Shown in pieces: positions 46,068-55,787 of a DNA stretch of 64,000 nt; positions within the stretch are counted from its first letter, which is position 1, and the number at the start of each line of letters is the position of its first letter. Source of the stretch: an uncultured Bacillota bacterium (GTDB lineage: Bacteria; Bacillota_I; Bacilli_A; RF39; UBA660); NCBI GenBank assembly GCA_942493215.1, contig OW818670.1:1350077-1414076 (forward strand), read 5' to 3'. The notes beneath the pieces were generated by a model. The model was not told where the DNA came from. It saw only the letters and a program-made list of their open reading frames with translations, and searched no databases. The position numbers were made by a program, and so were the translations under genes.

Positions 46068-49000
46068 TTAATGTGTACATTGGGTTGAAGCAGTTACATC
46101 CGCATGCCAATATTGAATTCCATAATAGGCTCCATTACTACCTTTTACCGAACAATTAGTATCGGTATAGGCACTAGTATGCCAATCAACCACTATTCCT
46201 GGGCATGGACAACTACTTTGGCCACCACTTTGGCCTTCACAATAATATGGGACTTCAGCAGCAAGGTGGTTAAAACAACGATAGTAACCATTCGATTCAG
46301 CACTAGAACCCGAAACACCATCTATTCTACTAGATAATGTAAATACACCATTGGTAGAATTAAAAGACAAGTTTCTGTAATACGTATGGGTTGCAACGCC
46401 TTGACACCACCACCATGAATCAGTTATATTGCTCCATTCATATATCTGCACACAATAAACGGCATACAAAGTTGTATCCGATCCCGTATAATAGTCGCCG
46501 GGATGGTATATTGCTGCCCCACCAGCCGTGGTTGACCAACCGGTAAATATATAACCAGTTCTAGTTGGCGCAACCGAACTTAAGTAAGTCCCTGATCCGG
46601 TATAGGTAGTAGTAGCTGGTGCACCAGTACCACTCCCTACTGCATAATATATATAATGAAGTTGAATAAATTGAAAAGCATTACTAGTAGTAATAGCCGT
46701 ATTACCTGCACCATCAACCGCCTTTACCCATAAATAATAGGTTACAGTACTATTTATGGCTTTCGTTAATGTTTGACCGCTAGTGAATGTTGTTGCAAAA
46801 GTTGGTTGAACAGTATTAGAAGTACTCCACTCATACTGTAAAGAGCTTATATTACTACCGCCACTATCATTTACCGTAACAGTACTACTTTGTGATTGTG
46901 TTTGAGTAGGATTGCCATTAGGACTATAGGTAACTGTAGGAGCTGTTTTATCCATTTTAACCGTTTGATTGGCAGGACAGGTAAAACTGTTACCAGCCGT
47001 GTCATTAACATTGCCTGGTGACTCCGTTGTCGAATTGGTATTAACACTATAAACTTTTGTAATATTACCTACGCAACCACTTCCACCCGTATCACTACAA
47101 GTTCCGGTTAGTGTCAGATTAGTATTGCGCCATGTAGCGCTTCCACCACTTGATGTACAAGTAGGAGCTGTTTTATCTATTTTAACCGTTTGATTAGCCG
47201 AACAAGTAACACTGTTACCAGCATTATCACTGACTGATCCTGGCGACTCCGTTGTTGAATTGGTATTAGCACTATAAGCTTTTGTAACATTACCTACGCA
47301 ACCACTACCACCCGTATCACTACAGGTTCCCGTTATAGTTAAATCCGTATTACGCCATGTAGCACTCCCACCACTTGGAGTGCAAGTAGGAGCTGTTTTA
47401 TCTATTTTAACCGTTTGATTAGCGGGACAGGTAAAACTGTTACCAGCCGTGTCATTAACATTGCCTGGTGACTCCGTTGTCGAATTGGTATTAACACTAT
47501 AAGCCTTTGTAACATTAGCTACACAGCCACTACCACCCGTATCACTACAGGTTCCGGTTAGTGTTAGATTAGTATTGCGCCAAGTGGCACTTCCACCACT
47601 TGATGCACAAGTAGGTACCGTTTTATCAATCCTTACCGTTTGATTAGCCGAACAAGTAACACTATTACCAGCATTATCACTGACTGATCCTGGCGACTCC
47701 GTTGTTGAATTAATCTCGTTTGTATAACTTTTTGTTATATTACTAACACAACCACTGCCACCATCACTACAAGTTCCAGTTAATGTCAAGGTGGTATTAC
47801 GCCAAGTACTACTTCCACCGCTTGATGCACAAGTAGGAGCTGTTTTATCAATCCTTACCGTTTGATTAGCTGAACAAGTAACACTATTACCAGCATTATC
47901 ACTAACACTTCCAGGCGATTCGGTTGTTGAATTAATCTCATTTGTATAATTTTTTGTTATATTACCTGCACAACCACTACCACCATCACTACAAGTTCCG
48001 GTTAATGTTAAAGTGGTATTACGCCAAGTACTACTTCCACCGCTTGATGCACAAGTAGGAGCTGTTTTATCAATTCTTACCGTTTGATTAGCTGAACAAG
48101 TAACACTATTACCAGCATTATCACTAACTGATCCCGGTGACTCCGTTGTTGAATTAATTTCATTTGTATAATTTTTCGTTATATTACCTGCACAACCACT
48201 ACCACCATCACTACAAGTTCCAGTTAATGTCAAGGTGGTATTACGCCAAGTGGCACTTCCACCGCTTGATGCACAAGTAGGTGCCGTTTTATCAATCCTT
48301 ACCGTTTGATTAGCCGAACAAGTAACACTATTACCAGCATTATCACTAACTGATCCTGGTGACTCGGTTGTTGAATTAATTTCATTTGTATAATTTTTTG
48401 TTATATTACTAACACAACCACTACCACCATCACTACAAGTTCCAGTTAAGGTTAAAGTGGTATTGCGCCATGTAGCACTTCCACCACTTGATGCACAAGT
48501 AGGTGCCGTTTTATCAATTTTTACAGTCTGATTAGCTGGACATACAGTACTATTACCAGCATTATCACTAACTGATCCCGGTGACTCGGTTGTTGAATTA
48601 ATTTCATTTGCATAAATTTTGATTACAGTAGCTGCCGCACATAAACTATCACCATCACTACAAGTTCCGGTTAATGTTAAATCTGTACTACGCCAAGTAC
48701 TACTTCCTCCAGTTGATGCACAAGTAGGTGCTGTCTTATCAATCTTTATATTATGCAAAACTGATATAGTACTAACATGTCCAACATTATCAATAGAACG
48801 AACATAATACGTTTGATTTTCTTCATTAGTAACAGTACGAGGATTACTCATATCATACCAATTAGTTGTATCGTTAGAATATTGATACTTATTAATACCT
48901 GAATCTATATCTGTCGAATATGGTATTTGCACAACTGAATGATTAGTCCAAACACCACTTGTATAAATAGATCCATTTATAGAATCAAGTTTTAATGTCA

Positions 49001-50654
49001 CAGTTGGTGTACTTGGATCAGTATTATCAACCTTCGTTACATTAACATTACACGTCCCAATTCGACTAACACCATCTTTGACATAAGCCGTATAAGTACC
49101 ATTATTTGTTACATTAAAAGTTGTTGAACTTGTCGTGGCCGTATAATCACTATCACCCGGCTTTTTAATAGCAACAACTCCGCTTTCACTATCATTACCT
49201 GTTATTGTTAATGTAGCATTGGTTACCCAAGTAGTAGGATTTCCCGTTATATTACAAGTTGGTGAATTCTTATCAATTTTAGTAACTGTAACACTACAAG
49301 TATTGGTATTACCCGCTACATCTTTAACACTTGCTATATAAGTTCCATTATCTGTAACATTTAAGGTTGTTGAAGAAAGGGCTAAATACTCACTATTCCC
49401 TGGTAATTTTATTCCGGCTACCCCACTATCACTATCATTACCTGTTACAGTTAGAGTAGCATCTGTTACCCAGCTAGTTGGATTTCCTATTATATTACAA
49501 GTAGGTAATGTCTTATCAATATTTGTAATAGCGTAATTAACAATACTACTTTCTTGACCTTCATCATCACGGGCTTGCATTTTGATATTCTGATTTGTAG
49601 AATAATTTCTACTTGGGCTAGATTGCCATGTTGACCCGCCATCAAAGGAATATGGTTGACTAGCAAGTGGATTATTATGAACTGGTAAGATAGTGACAAC
49701 TACATCTTGATTAGTCCATAATGAAGTATTTAATTTATAATTAATAAATATTTCTTTACCAATATTTTTAACTACGGCCATTATAATTAAACGACCAATA
49801 TTATTACTACTATCTTTAGCTTCATATATTAACTCATAGTCACCTTCAACATTCGTATTAACATTACCATCAATTGTTGCAGTAATTGCTTCCCCACTAT
49901 TATCGCTAACTGCAGCATCTGGTATATTAAAAGTACTACCCTTTTTTACAATCATCTTGTAATTAATATTAATACCATTAACCATTAAAGTAGGCGCTAA
50001 AGTATCATGAACAATAACATTACGACTAACACTTGCTGATGAACCATTAGACATATCTGTTGCAACATAAGTTATTATATATGTACTTAACTCGTTGGTT
50101 TTTATGTCTGATGCTGGTTTACCATTCTTCATAATAAATGTTGTTATACTTGCTATTTGATTACCATCTTTATTTCGAGCTTGTACTCCTTTTTCATTAT
50201 AACCACCATTTATTTCTACATATTCAGTAGGACTACCATTTAATATTATAAAAGGAGCTTCATTATCAAATCCCTGATCACTACTGCTAGCATTTTCAAT
50301 ATTATAAAGATAAGAATTATTTTTCTTAGTAACAACAACTAAAACATTATCCCCAAATCTCTGTTCTGTTTTAGGATTGGTAAGATCTTTTTTTACAAAG
50401 CCTTTTGATTTTAGCTCACCTAACGTAATAGTAATAGTATCACCATTATTATGTGGCATCAAATATAAGTTAGCACTACCCCATGCTACGGCACCTTTTT
50501 TAATGCTTTCAATCTGAACATCATATAATTTTTCTTTTTGACTTCTAATTGTTCCCGTTACAATAGGAATAGCGATAGCTAGCATTAAAGACAATAATGC
50601 TATAACTACAACTAATTCAACTACGGTCATACCTATTTTATTTTTCTTTTTCAT
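46068..50654 (-). CDS. Giant prepilin-type adhesin (~1528 aa): Ig-like stalk, eight Cys repeats, InlB B-repeat, Cys-rich tip
   Basis: Class III signal IG|MTVVE; two DUF5011-like domains; DKxxP Ig repeats; PTRTGYIFTGWST...TTLYAVY Listeria/Bacteroides repeat; terminal domain with 8 Cys. Confidence 0.85.
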   Translation of the reverse strand: MKKKNKIGMTVVELVVVIALLSLMLAIAIPIVTGTIRSQKEKLYDVQIESIKKGAVAWGSANLYLMPHNNGDTITITLGELKSKGFVKKDLTNPKTEQRFGDNVLVVVTKKNNSYLYNIENASSSDQGFDNEAPFIILNGSPTEYVEINGGYNEKGVQARNKDGNQIASITTFIMKNGKPASDIKTNELSTYIITYVATDMSNGSSASVSRNVIVHDTLAPTLMVNGININYKMIVKKGSTFNIPDAAVSDNSGEAITATIDGNVNTNVEGDYELIYEAKDSSNNIGRLIIMAVVKNIGKEIFINYKLNTSLWTNQDVVVTILPVHNNPLASQPYSFDGGSTWQSSPSRNYSTNQNIKMQARDDEGQESSIVNYAITNIDKTLPTCNIIGNPTSWVTDATLTVTGNDSDSGVAGIKLPGNSEYLALSSTTLNVTDNGTYIASVKDVAGNTNTCSVTVTKIDKNSPTCNITGNPTTWVTNATLTITGNDSESGVVAIKKPGDSDYTATTSSTTFNVTNNGTYTAYVKDGVSRIGTCNVNVTKVDNTDPSTPTVTLKLDSINGSIYTSGVWTNHSVVQIPYSTDIDSGINKYQYSNDTTNWYDMSNPRTVTNEENQTYYVRSIDNVGHVSTISVLHNIKIDKTAPTCASTGGSSTWRSTDLTLTGTCSDGDSLCAAATVIKIYANEINSTTESPGSVSDNAGNSTVCPANQTVKIDKTAPTCASSGGSATWRNTTLTLTGTCSDGGSGCVSNITKNYTNEINSTTESPGSVSDNAGNSVTCSANQTVRIDKTAPTCASSGGSATWRNTTLTLTGTCSDGGSGCAGNITKNYTNEINSTTESPGSVSDNAGNSVTCSANQTVRIDKTAPTCASSGGSSTWRNTTLTLTGTCSDGGSGCAGNITKNYTNEINSTTESPGSVSDNAGNSVTCSANQTVRIDKTAPTCASSGGSSTWRNTTLTLTGTCSDGGSGCVSNITKSYTNEINSTTESPGSVSDNAGNSVTCSANQTVRIDKTVPTCASSGGSATWRNTNLTLTGTCSDTGGSGCVANVTKAYSVNTNSTTESPGNVNDTAGNSFTCPANQTVKIDKTAPTCTPSGGSATWRNTDLTITGTCSDTGGSGCVGNVTKAYSANTNSTTESPGSVSDNAGNSVTCSANQTVKIDKTAPTCTSSGGSATWRNTNLTLTGTCSDTGGSGCVGNITKVYSVNTNSTTESPGNVNDTAGNSFTCPANQTVKMDKTAPTVTYSPNGNPTQTQSQSSTVTVNDSGGSNISSLQYEWSTSNTVQPTFATTFTSGQTLTKAINSTVTYYLWVKAVDGAGNTAITTSNAFQFIQLHYIYYAVGSGTGAPATTTYTGSGTYLSSVAPTRTGYIFTGWSTTAGGAAIYHPGDYYTGSDTTLYAVYCVQIYEWSNITDSWWWCQGVATHTYYRNLSFNSTNGVFTLSSRIDGVSGSSAESNGYYRCFNHLAAEVPYYCEGQSGGQSSCPCPGIVVDWHTSAYTDTNCSVKGSNGAYYGIQYWHADVTASTQCTH
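46956..48743 (-). repeat. Intragenic tandem array, 8 units of 222-225 bp (74-75 aa)
   Basis: Unit IDKTAPTC.SSGGS.TWRNT.LTLTGTCSD(T)GGSGC..N.TK.Y....NSTTESPG.V.D.AGNS.TC.ANQTV(K/R); 1788 bp = 596 aa; 4 Cys per unit. Confidence 0.95.
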
Positions 50655-50732
50655 CACCATTCTCCTTGCAACTATATTTAATAATCTTGTTTATAATATC
50701 AAAGATATTATAAGAAGACTTAGGATGGCATT

Positions 50733-50739
50733 TTCGACA
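50733..50739 (-). promoter_or_regulatory. Possible Spo0A box upstream of the giant pilin gene
   Basis: TGTCGAA on the coding strand 79 bp upstream of the start; palindromic TGTCGACA at 50848-50855. Confidence 0.3.
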
Positions 50740-50885
50740 CTATCTACTAATAAGACATATATTATAATCATAATTATCTTATATATTTATTATATCAGAA
50801 TATTATAGGTCTTTTCAATCATTATCGTTTTTTTTATTATGTATAATTGTCGACAGAAAGTGATAACACTCATTTTTGTTCTTAT

Positions 50886-50925
50886 AAAAATAAAAAGTAG
50901 ATTATTGCTTTAAAATAATCTACTT
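50886..50925 (-). terminator. Intrinsic terminator after the 50955-54050 pilin gene
   Basis: AAGTAGATTATT-loop-AATAATCTACTT with a T tract on the minus strand. Confidence 0.8.
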
Positions 50926-50954
50926 ATAACTAATAAATATGTTTTTTTTATAAA

Positions 50955-53900
50955 CTATGGTTGTATTGTTAGTTTAGCATAACCACTACCAGTTCGACCA
51001 GTCATTGTTCCACCTGATGGATTTGGCATAGAAGCATTACCAGCAGTTGTTGAACCACTCGTAACACCACCTGTATAGGAAGAACCACCACCACCGCCAT
51101 AGTAGTTAGTTGCAGCAGCTCCACCGCCCCAGTAACCGCCACCACCGCCACCTCGGCTTGTAGTACTACCATTACCACCAGTTCCAGATAATCCACCTGA
51201 ACTACCTCCGGCAGATTGAGTACCTCCGGCACCACCGGAACCAGCAGCTGCGATACCAGATGTACCGCCACCAGCACCGCCATAATAATTGGTATAACGG
51301 CCGCCAGAACCGCCGCCACCACCAGCAACAATTATACGATTAGATAAAGCTGTACCACCAGAACGAACATCAGTAGCACCACCTCCGGTACCACATCTAT
51401 AAGTAGAGGTTGTATTACCGTAGGCACTACCTCCTCCATTAAAACCGCCGGCCTGACTCACTGCCGTGGTGCCAGTTATTGCACCAGCTCCACCTACGTA
51501 AATATATATGCTAGTACCAGATGTTAAACTTTTATAACCAGTTGCATATCCGCCTTTACCACCAATTGTACCACTAACAGTAGAACTTCCACCTTCAGCA
51601 CCCCAAACTTGAATTAAATAATTGCCAGTAAGAGGAACATTAAATGTTTGAGAAGCACCTGTATAAGCAAATGTATATACACTAGCAATGACGGTAACTG
51701 TTCTAGTACCTGTTGCCGTATTAGTAGCCGAATCGGTCGCAGTATAAGTTAAAGTATAAGTTCCCGCGGTAGGACTAACTGTACCACTAACGGAAATAGT
51801 AGGAGTTATTCCACTATTATCGGTAGCACTTGCTCCCGTCATATTATTAAATGCTGCCACTTGATTATCTGCTAATGTAATAGCAGCAGGAGTAGTTAAT
51901 ACTGGTACTGTTTTATCAACTTTAACCGTTTGATCAGCTGGACAAGTAACACTATTACCAGCATTATCACTTACATTTCCAGGCGATTCCGTTGTTGAGT
52001 TAGTGAAAGTACTATATGTTTTGGTAGCATTACCAACACAACCACTATCACCTGTATCACTACACGTTCCTGTTAATGTTAAATCGGTTTTTACCCAACT
52101 TGCATTTCCTCCACTTGAGGTACAAGTTGGTGCTGACTTATCAACCTTAATACTATGAGAAGTTGAATTATTACTAACATTACCGACATTATCTATAGCC
52201 CGTACATAATAAGTTAGATTTTCTCCAGTAGTAATACTACGTGGATTACTCATATCATACCAAGTGGTTGTATCATTAGAGTATTGATATTTATTAATAC
52301 CTGAATCAGCATCCGTTGAAGAAGGTATTTGGACAACTGTATGATTAGTCCATGTACCACTGGTATAAGCTGATCCACCCGTTGTATCAAGTTTTAATGA
52401 TACTGTTGGTGTACTTGGACTAGTAGTATCTATTTTAGTTACATTAACATCACATGTACCAATCCGATCAACTGCATCTTTTACATAGGCTGTATAAGTA
52501 CCATTACTTGTTACATTAAAGGTCGTACTAGTAGTTGCGATATAATCACTATCCCCTGGCTTTTTTATGCCAACAACTCCACTTTGAGTATCACCACCCG
52601 TTATTGTTAATGTAGCACTTGTTACCCAACTAGTTGGATTACCAGTTATTGTACAAGTTGGTGAAGCATCATCAATCTTTGTTACATTAACACTACAAGT
52701 ATTAGTGTTACCGGCTCCATCTTTAACACTAGCTGTATATTGTCCATTAGTAGTAACATTAAATGTTGTTGATGAAACCGATAAATAATCACTACCACCT
52801 GGTAACATTATTCCATCCAAACCACTTTCACTATCACTACCAGTTACCGTTAATGTTGCACTATCTGCCCAGTTAGTAGGATTATCAGTTATATTACAAG
52901 ACGGTAAGTTTTTATCAATATTAGTAATATTATAACTAACAACATCACTTTTTAACTGATAACGGTCTCGGGCTTGCATTCTAACAGTCTGATTACTAGA
53001 AAAAGCTTTGCTGGCACCAGATTGCCATGTTAACCCACCGTCAAAGGAATATGCCTGACTAGCAAGCGGAGTATCATTAACAGGTGCAATAGTCATAGTA
53101 ACATCTTGATTAGTCCATAATGAAGTACTAGCACTATAATTTATATAAATATTATTAACAATACTTTTTACCAGTATAGTTAAAACTAAACGACCAATAT
53201 TACTATTTTTGTCTTTAGCTTCATATGTTAGATCATAGCTTCCTTCAACACTAGTATTAACCGTTCCTTTAATTGTTGGGGTAATATTTTGATCACTATT
53301 ATCATCAACAACCGCCGTTGGATTACTAAAAGTACTATCTTTTTTAACTATCATTGTTTGATTAGCATTAATACCATTGACCATTAAAATAGGTGCGATA
53401 GTATCACGTACAATCACATTACGATTAACACTTGATGATTTACCATTAGATATATCGGTTGCTACATAGGTTATAATATAGGTACCAGCACTACTTGTTG
53501 ATATTGATTCCGTTTTACCATTTTTTTTAGTAAAAGTTGTTATACTTGTTATCTGATTACCATCTTTATCTCGAGCCTGAACTCCTTTTTCAACATAAGT
53601 ACCATTTATTTCAGTATACTCCGTAGCACTTCCATTTAATATTATATAAGGGGCATCTTTATCAAATGTCTGATCACTATTACTGATATTTTCAACATTA
53701 TAAAGATAAGTATTATTCTTTTTAGTAACTACTACTAAAACATTATCAGCAAATTTTTGCTCTGTTTTAGGATTAGTAATATCCTTTTCAACATAACCTT
53801 TAGATTTTAATTCGCCTAACATAACCGATATACTGTCACCCTCATCGGCTGGCAATAAATATAAATTGGCACTACCCCACGCTATAGCGCCTTTTTTTAT

Positions 53901-54050
53901 ATTTTCAATCTGAACATTATATAAATCTTTCTTCTGATTTTTTATAGCATTGTTTAATGTCGGAATAACTATTGCCATCATTAAAGCAATCAAAGATATT
54001 ACAACAATCATCTCAACCGTTGTCATACCACTATTATTCTCTTTAAGCAT
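50955..54050 (-). CDS. Large prepilin-type adhesin (~1031 aa), paralogue of 46068-50654, ending in a glycine-rich (ALK/LTK-like) domain
   Basis: Class III signal SG|MTTVE; same N-terminal ~630 aa architecture; one Cys repeat unit; YTGASQTF...QVWGAEGG...GGGATDVR...GGGGSSY. Confidence 0.85.
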   Translation of the reverse strand: MLKENNSGMTTVEMIVVISLIALMMAIVIPTLNNAIKNQKKDLYNVQIENIKKGAIAWGSANLYLLPADEGDSISVMLGELKSKGYVEKDITNPKTEQKFADNVLVVVTKKNNTYLYNVENISNSDQTFDKDAPYIILNGSATEYTEINGTYVEKGVQARDKDGNQITSITTFTKKNGKTESISTSSAGTYIITYVATDISNGKSSSVNRNVIVRDTIAPILMVNGINANQTMIVKKDSTFSNPTAVVDDNSDQNITPTIKGTVNTSVEGSYDLTYEAKDKNSNIGRLVLTILVKSIVNNIYINYSASTSLWTNQDVTMTIAPVNDTPLASQAYSFDGGLTWQSGASKAFSSNQTVRMQARDRYQLKSDVVSYNITNIDKNLPSCNITDNPTNWADSATLTVTGSDSESGLDGIMLPGGSDYLSVSSTTFNVTTNGQYTASVKDGAGNTNTCSVNVTKIDDASPTCTITGNPTSWVTSATLTITGGDTQSGVVGIKKPGDSDYIATTSTTFNVTSNGTYTAYVKDAVDRIGTCDVNVTKIDTTSPSTPTVSLKLDTTGGSAYTSGTWTNHTVVQIPSSTDADSGINKYQYSNDTTTWYDMSNPRSITTGENLTYYVRAIDNVGNVSNNSTSHSIKVDKSAPTCTSSGGNASWVKTDLTLTGTCSDTGDSGCVGNATKTYSTFTNSTTESPGNVSDNAGNSVTCPADQTVKVDKTVPVLTTPAAITLADNQVAAFNNMTGASATDNSGITPTISVSGTVSPTAGTYTLTYTATDSATNTATGTRTVTVIASVYTFAYTGASQTFNVPLTGNYLIQVWGAEGGSSTVSGTIGGKGGYATGYKSLTSGTSIYIYVGGAGAITGTTAVSQAGGFNGGGSAYGNTTSTYRCGTGGGATDVRSGGTALSNRIIVAGGGGGSGGRYTNYYGGAGGGTSGIAAAGSGGAGGTQSAGGSSGGLSGTGGNGSTTSRGGGGGGYWGGGAAATNYYGGGGGSSYTGGVTSGSTTAGNASMPNPSGGTMTGRTGSGYAKLTIQP
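51921..52145 (-). repeat. Single copy of the 75-aa Cys repeat found eight times in the neighbouring paralogue
   Basis: VDKSAPTCTSSGGNASWVKTDLTLTGTCSDTGDSGCVGN...NSTTESPGNVSDNAGNSVTCPADQTVK. Confidence 0.9.
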
Positions 54051-54165
54051 TACACTCACCTCAAAACTAAATACCATATTTGCTAATATTGTTAAAATAT
54101 AAAAAAAGGGATGGTCTAAAAAAATGAATAAATCACTAAATAAACCACCCCGTTAAATTATAATT

Positions 54166-55653
54166 TTATTGTAAAAACATAAATACAACAAAAGTCATTA
54201 TTAATATTATTCCGGCAATAGCAGCTAGATACATCCAACTCTTTTTGAACCATTCTTTATAAGAAACTTCAAAATAAGATAATCCAGCAACTAAAACTAA
54301 ACTTGTTGGTAAAACCAACATTAATAAGCTATTTATTGTTTGGAAAATAAATCCAATAATTGGAAACATAGATGCATCAGTATAAACAGCAGATAAAACT
54401 CCAAATGTATTACCAAATAAATGTAATAAATTATTGAAATATAATGATCCTACTCCGGCTACACCAACCATCTTTACTAATGATAGGATATTAGTTGCTC
54501 CACCAGTACCTACCATCTTATTAATAATAGTAAAGTATTGTGAATCAAAAGCTGAAGAAGAAGAATTAGCATAAGCTAAAACAAATACTACATTAGCTAA
54601 TGTTACATAAATAGCTGTTGGTAACATCTCTTTTGCGCCTTCAACAAATGAATCCATAATATCTTTAAACTTCAAGCTATATAACCAACCAACTAATAAA
54701 CCACCAATTAATAATATCATTGATAATTCAATAGTATCCCAGTTACCCATTGGAGTTAAAGTTCCAAGTAAACTTTTAACGATTGAAAAACCGCCAATTT
54801 TAAAGTTTGTAACTGAAGTATATAAGTCATTAAAGAATTGAATTTTAAATACATAATACCAACTAAACATACCAACGATTGCTACAAGCAAAATAACAGC
54901 AACAGCAATAATTAATGGCATAAAGCTTTTATTCTCTACTTCATAATCATTAAATAAAATAGTTTTTACTTTATTAGTAGGTATAACCTCTTCCTTTTTA
55001 GTGACTTTCTTTTTAGTAGCAACTACCTTTTCTTCTTTTTCAATATCTTTTGATCCAAAGAACCATAAATATGCTACTAAAGTACCTGTAACAAGGAAAA
55101 ATAAGATTACTTTAGCTAATATAATATTATTAACACCATCACTTAAGTAGTATGCAAATATATGATTTATATCAGCACCGGCTAAACTTCCTATTGAACC
55201 TATTAAGATAGCTCCAACTGTTGCAATCATCGCCGTAACTTTCTTATATCCTAATAATAAGATAATTGTTGCTAAGAATGGAACTAATACAAATAAAAAT
55301 AATGATAAGCCTGTCAAAGATGATAAAAGGGCTAAGATAGCAGCAATAACAACTAAGATTAATTTTTCATTGCCACGGGCAGCACTAACAATCTTATTTA
55401 CAAGTTTGCTGTACACTCCTGTCTTATTAAGTATTCCATAAAATCCACCAATAACTAAAAACAATAAACCATATTGTCCAAATAAGTTAAAAGCTTGAAT
55501 AGGATACGTAATTAAGTCTGGTAACCCAATTGCTGTAATATCTCCTTTCGTAAATGTTGCACCAGAATAACTTCCAACTGGTATAATCCAAGAAAGGAAA
55601 ACAACTACCAAGAATGTTATGCCTAATGCTTTTAATAAACTGTTCTTTTTCAT
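54166..55653 (-). CDS. YfcC-family (C4-dicarboxylate anaerobic carrier-like) transporter
   Basis: About 12 TM segments; LSWIIPVGSY, LVIGGFYGILNKTG and LVLPTS motifs. Confidence 0.75.
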   Translation of the reverse strand: MKKNSLLKALGITFLVVVFLSWIIPVGSYSGATFTKGDITAIGLPDLITYPIQAFNLFGQYGLLFLVIGGFYGILNKTGVYSKLVNKIVSAARGNEKLILVVIAAILALLSSLTGLSLFLFVLVPFLATIILLLGYKKVTAMIATVGAILIGSIGSLAGADINHIFAYYLSDGVNNIILAKVILFFLVTGTLVAYLWFFGSKDIEKEEKVVATKKKVTKKEEVIPTNKVKTILFNDYEVENKSFMPLIIAVAVILLVAIVGMFSWYYVFKIQFFNDLYTSVTNFKIGGFSIVKSLLGTLTPMGNWDTIELSMILLIGGLLVGWLYSLKFKDIMDSFVEGAKEMLPTAIYVTLANVVFVLAYANSSSSAFDSQYFTIINKMVGTGGATNILSLVKMVGVAGVGSLYFNNLLHLFGNTFGVLSAVYTDASMFPIIGFIFQTINSLLMLVLPTSLVLVAGLSYFEVSYKEWFKKSWMYLAAIAGIILIMTFVVFMFLQ

Positions 55654-55787
55654 ATTCTACCTCCATTATCATTATAGCATTTTTATTAACAGTTACAAGA
55701 TTTTTTTTATATTTTTCGCCTATTTTTCATAAAAATAACCATTCTTTACAATATTTTGTGTTATGATAAACAAGGAAGTGATGATTA

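Noticed and set aside
46956-48743. Tandem array as a CRISPR or mobile element
   Set aside because: Units are 222-225 bp, in frame and contiguous, with no unique spacers, cas genes or terminal repeats.
50725-50808. 27-codon hydrophobic plus-strand ORF MAFSTLSTNKTYIIIIIILYIYYIRIL between the pilin paralogues
   Set aside because: No credible SD, and the composition is explained by AT-rich promoter DNA.
46104-51331. ORFs 46104-46337, 48619-48807, 49490-49699 and 51002-51331
   Set aside because: Alternative-frame by-products of the GC-richer Gly/Thr/Ser-coding pilin sequence.
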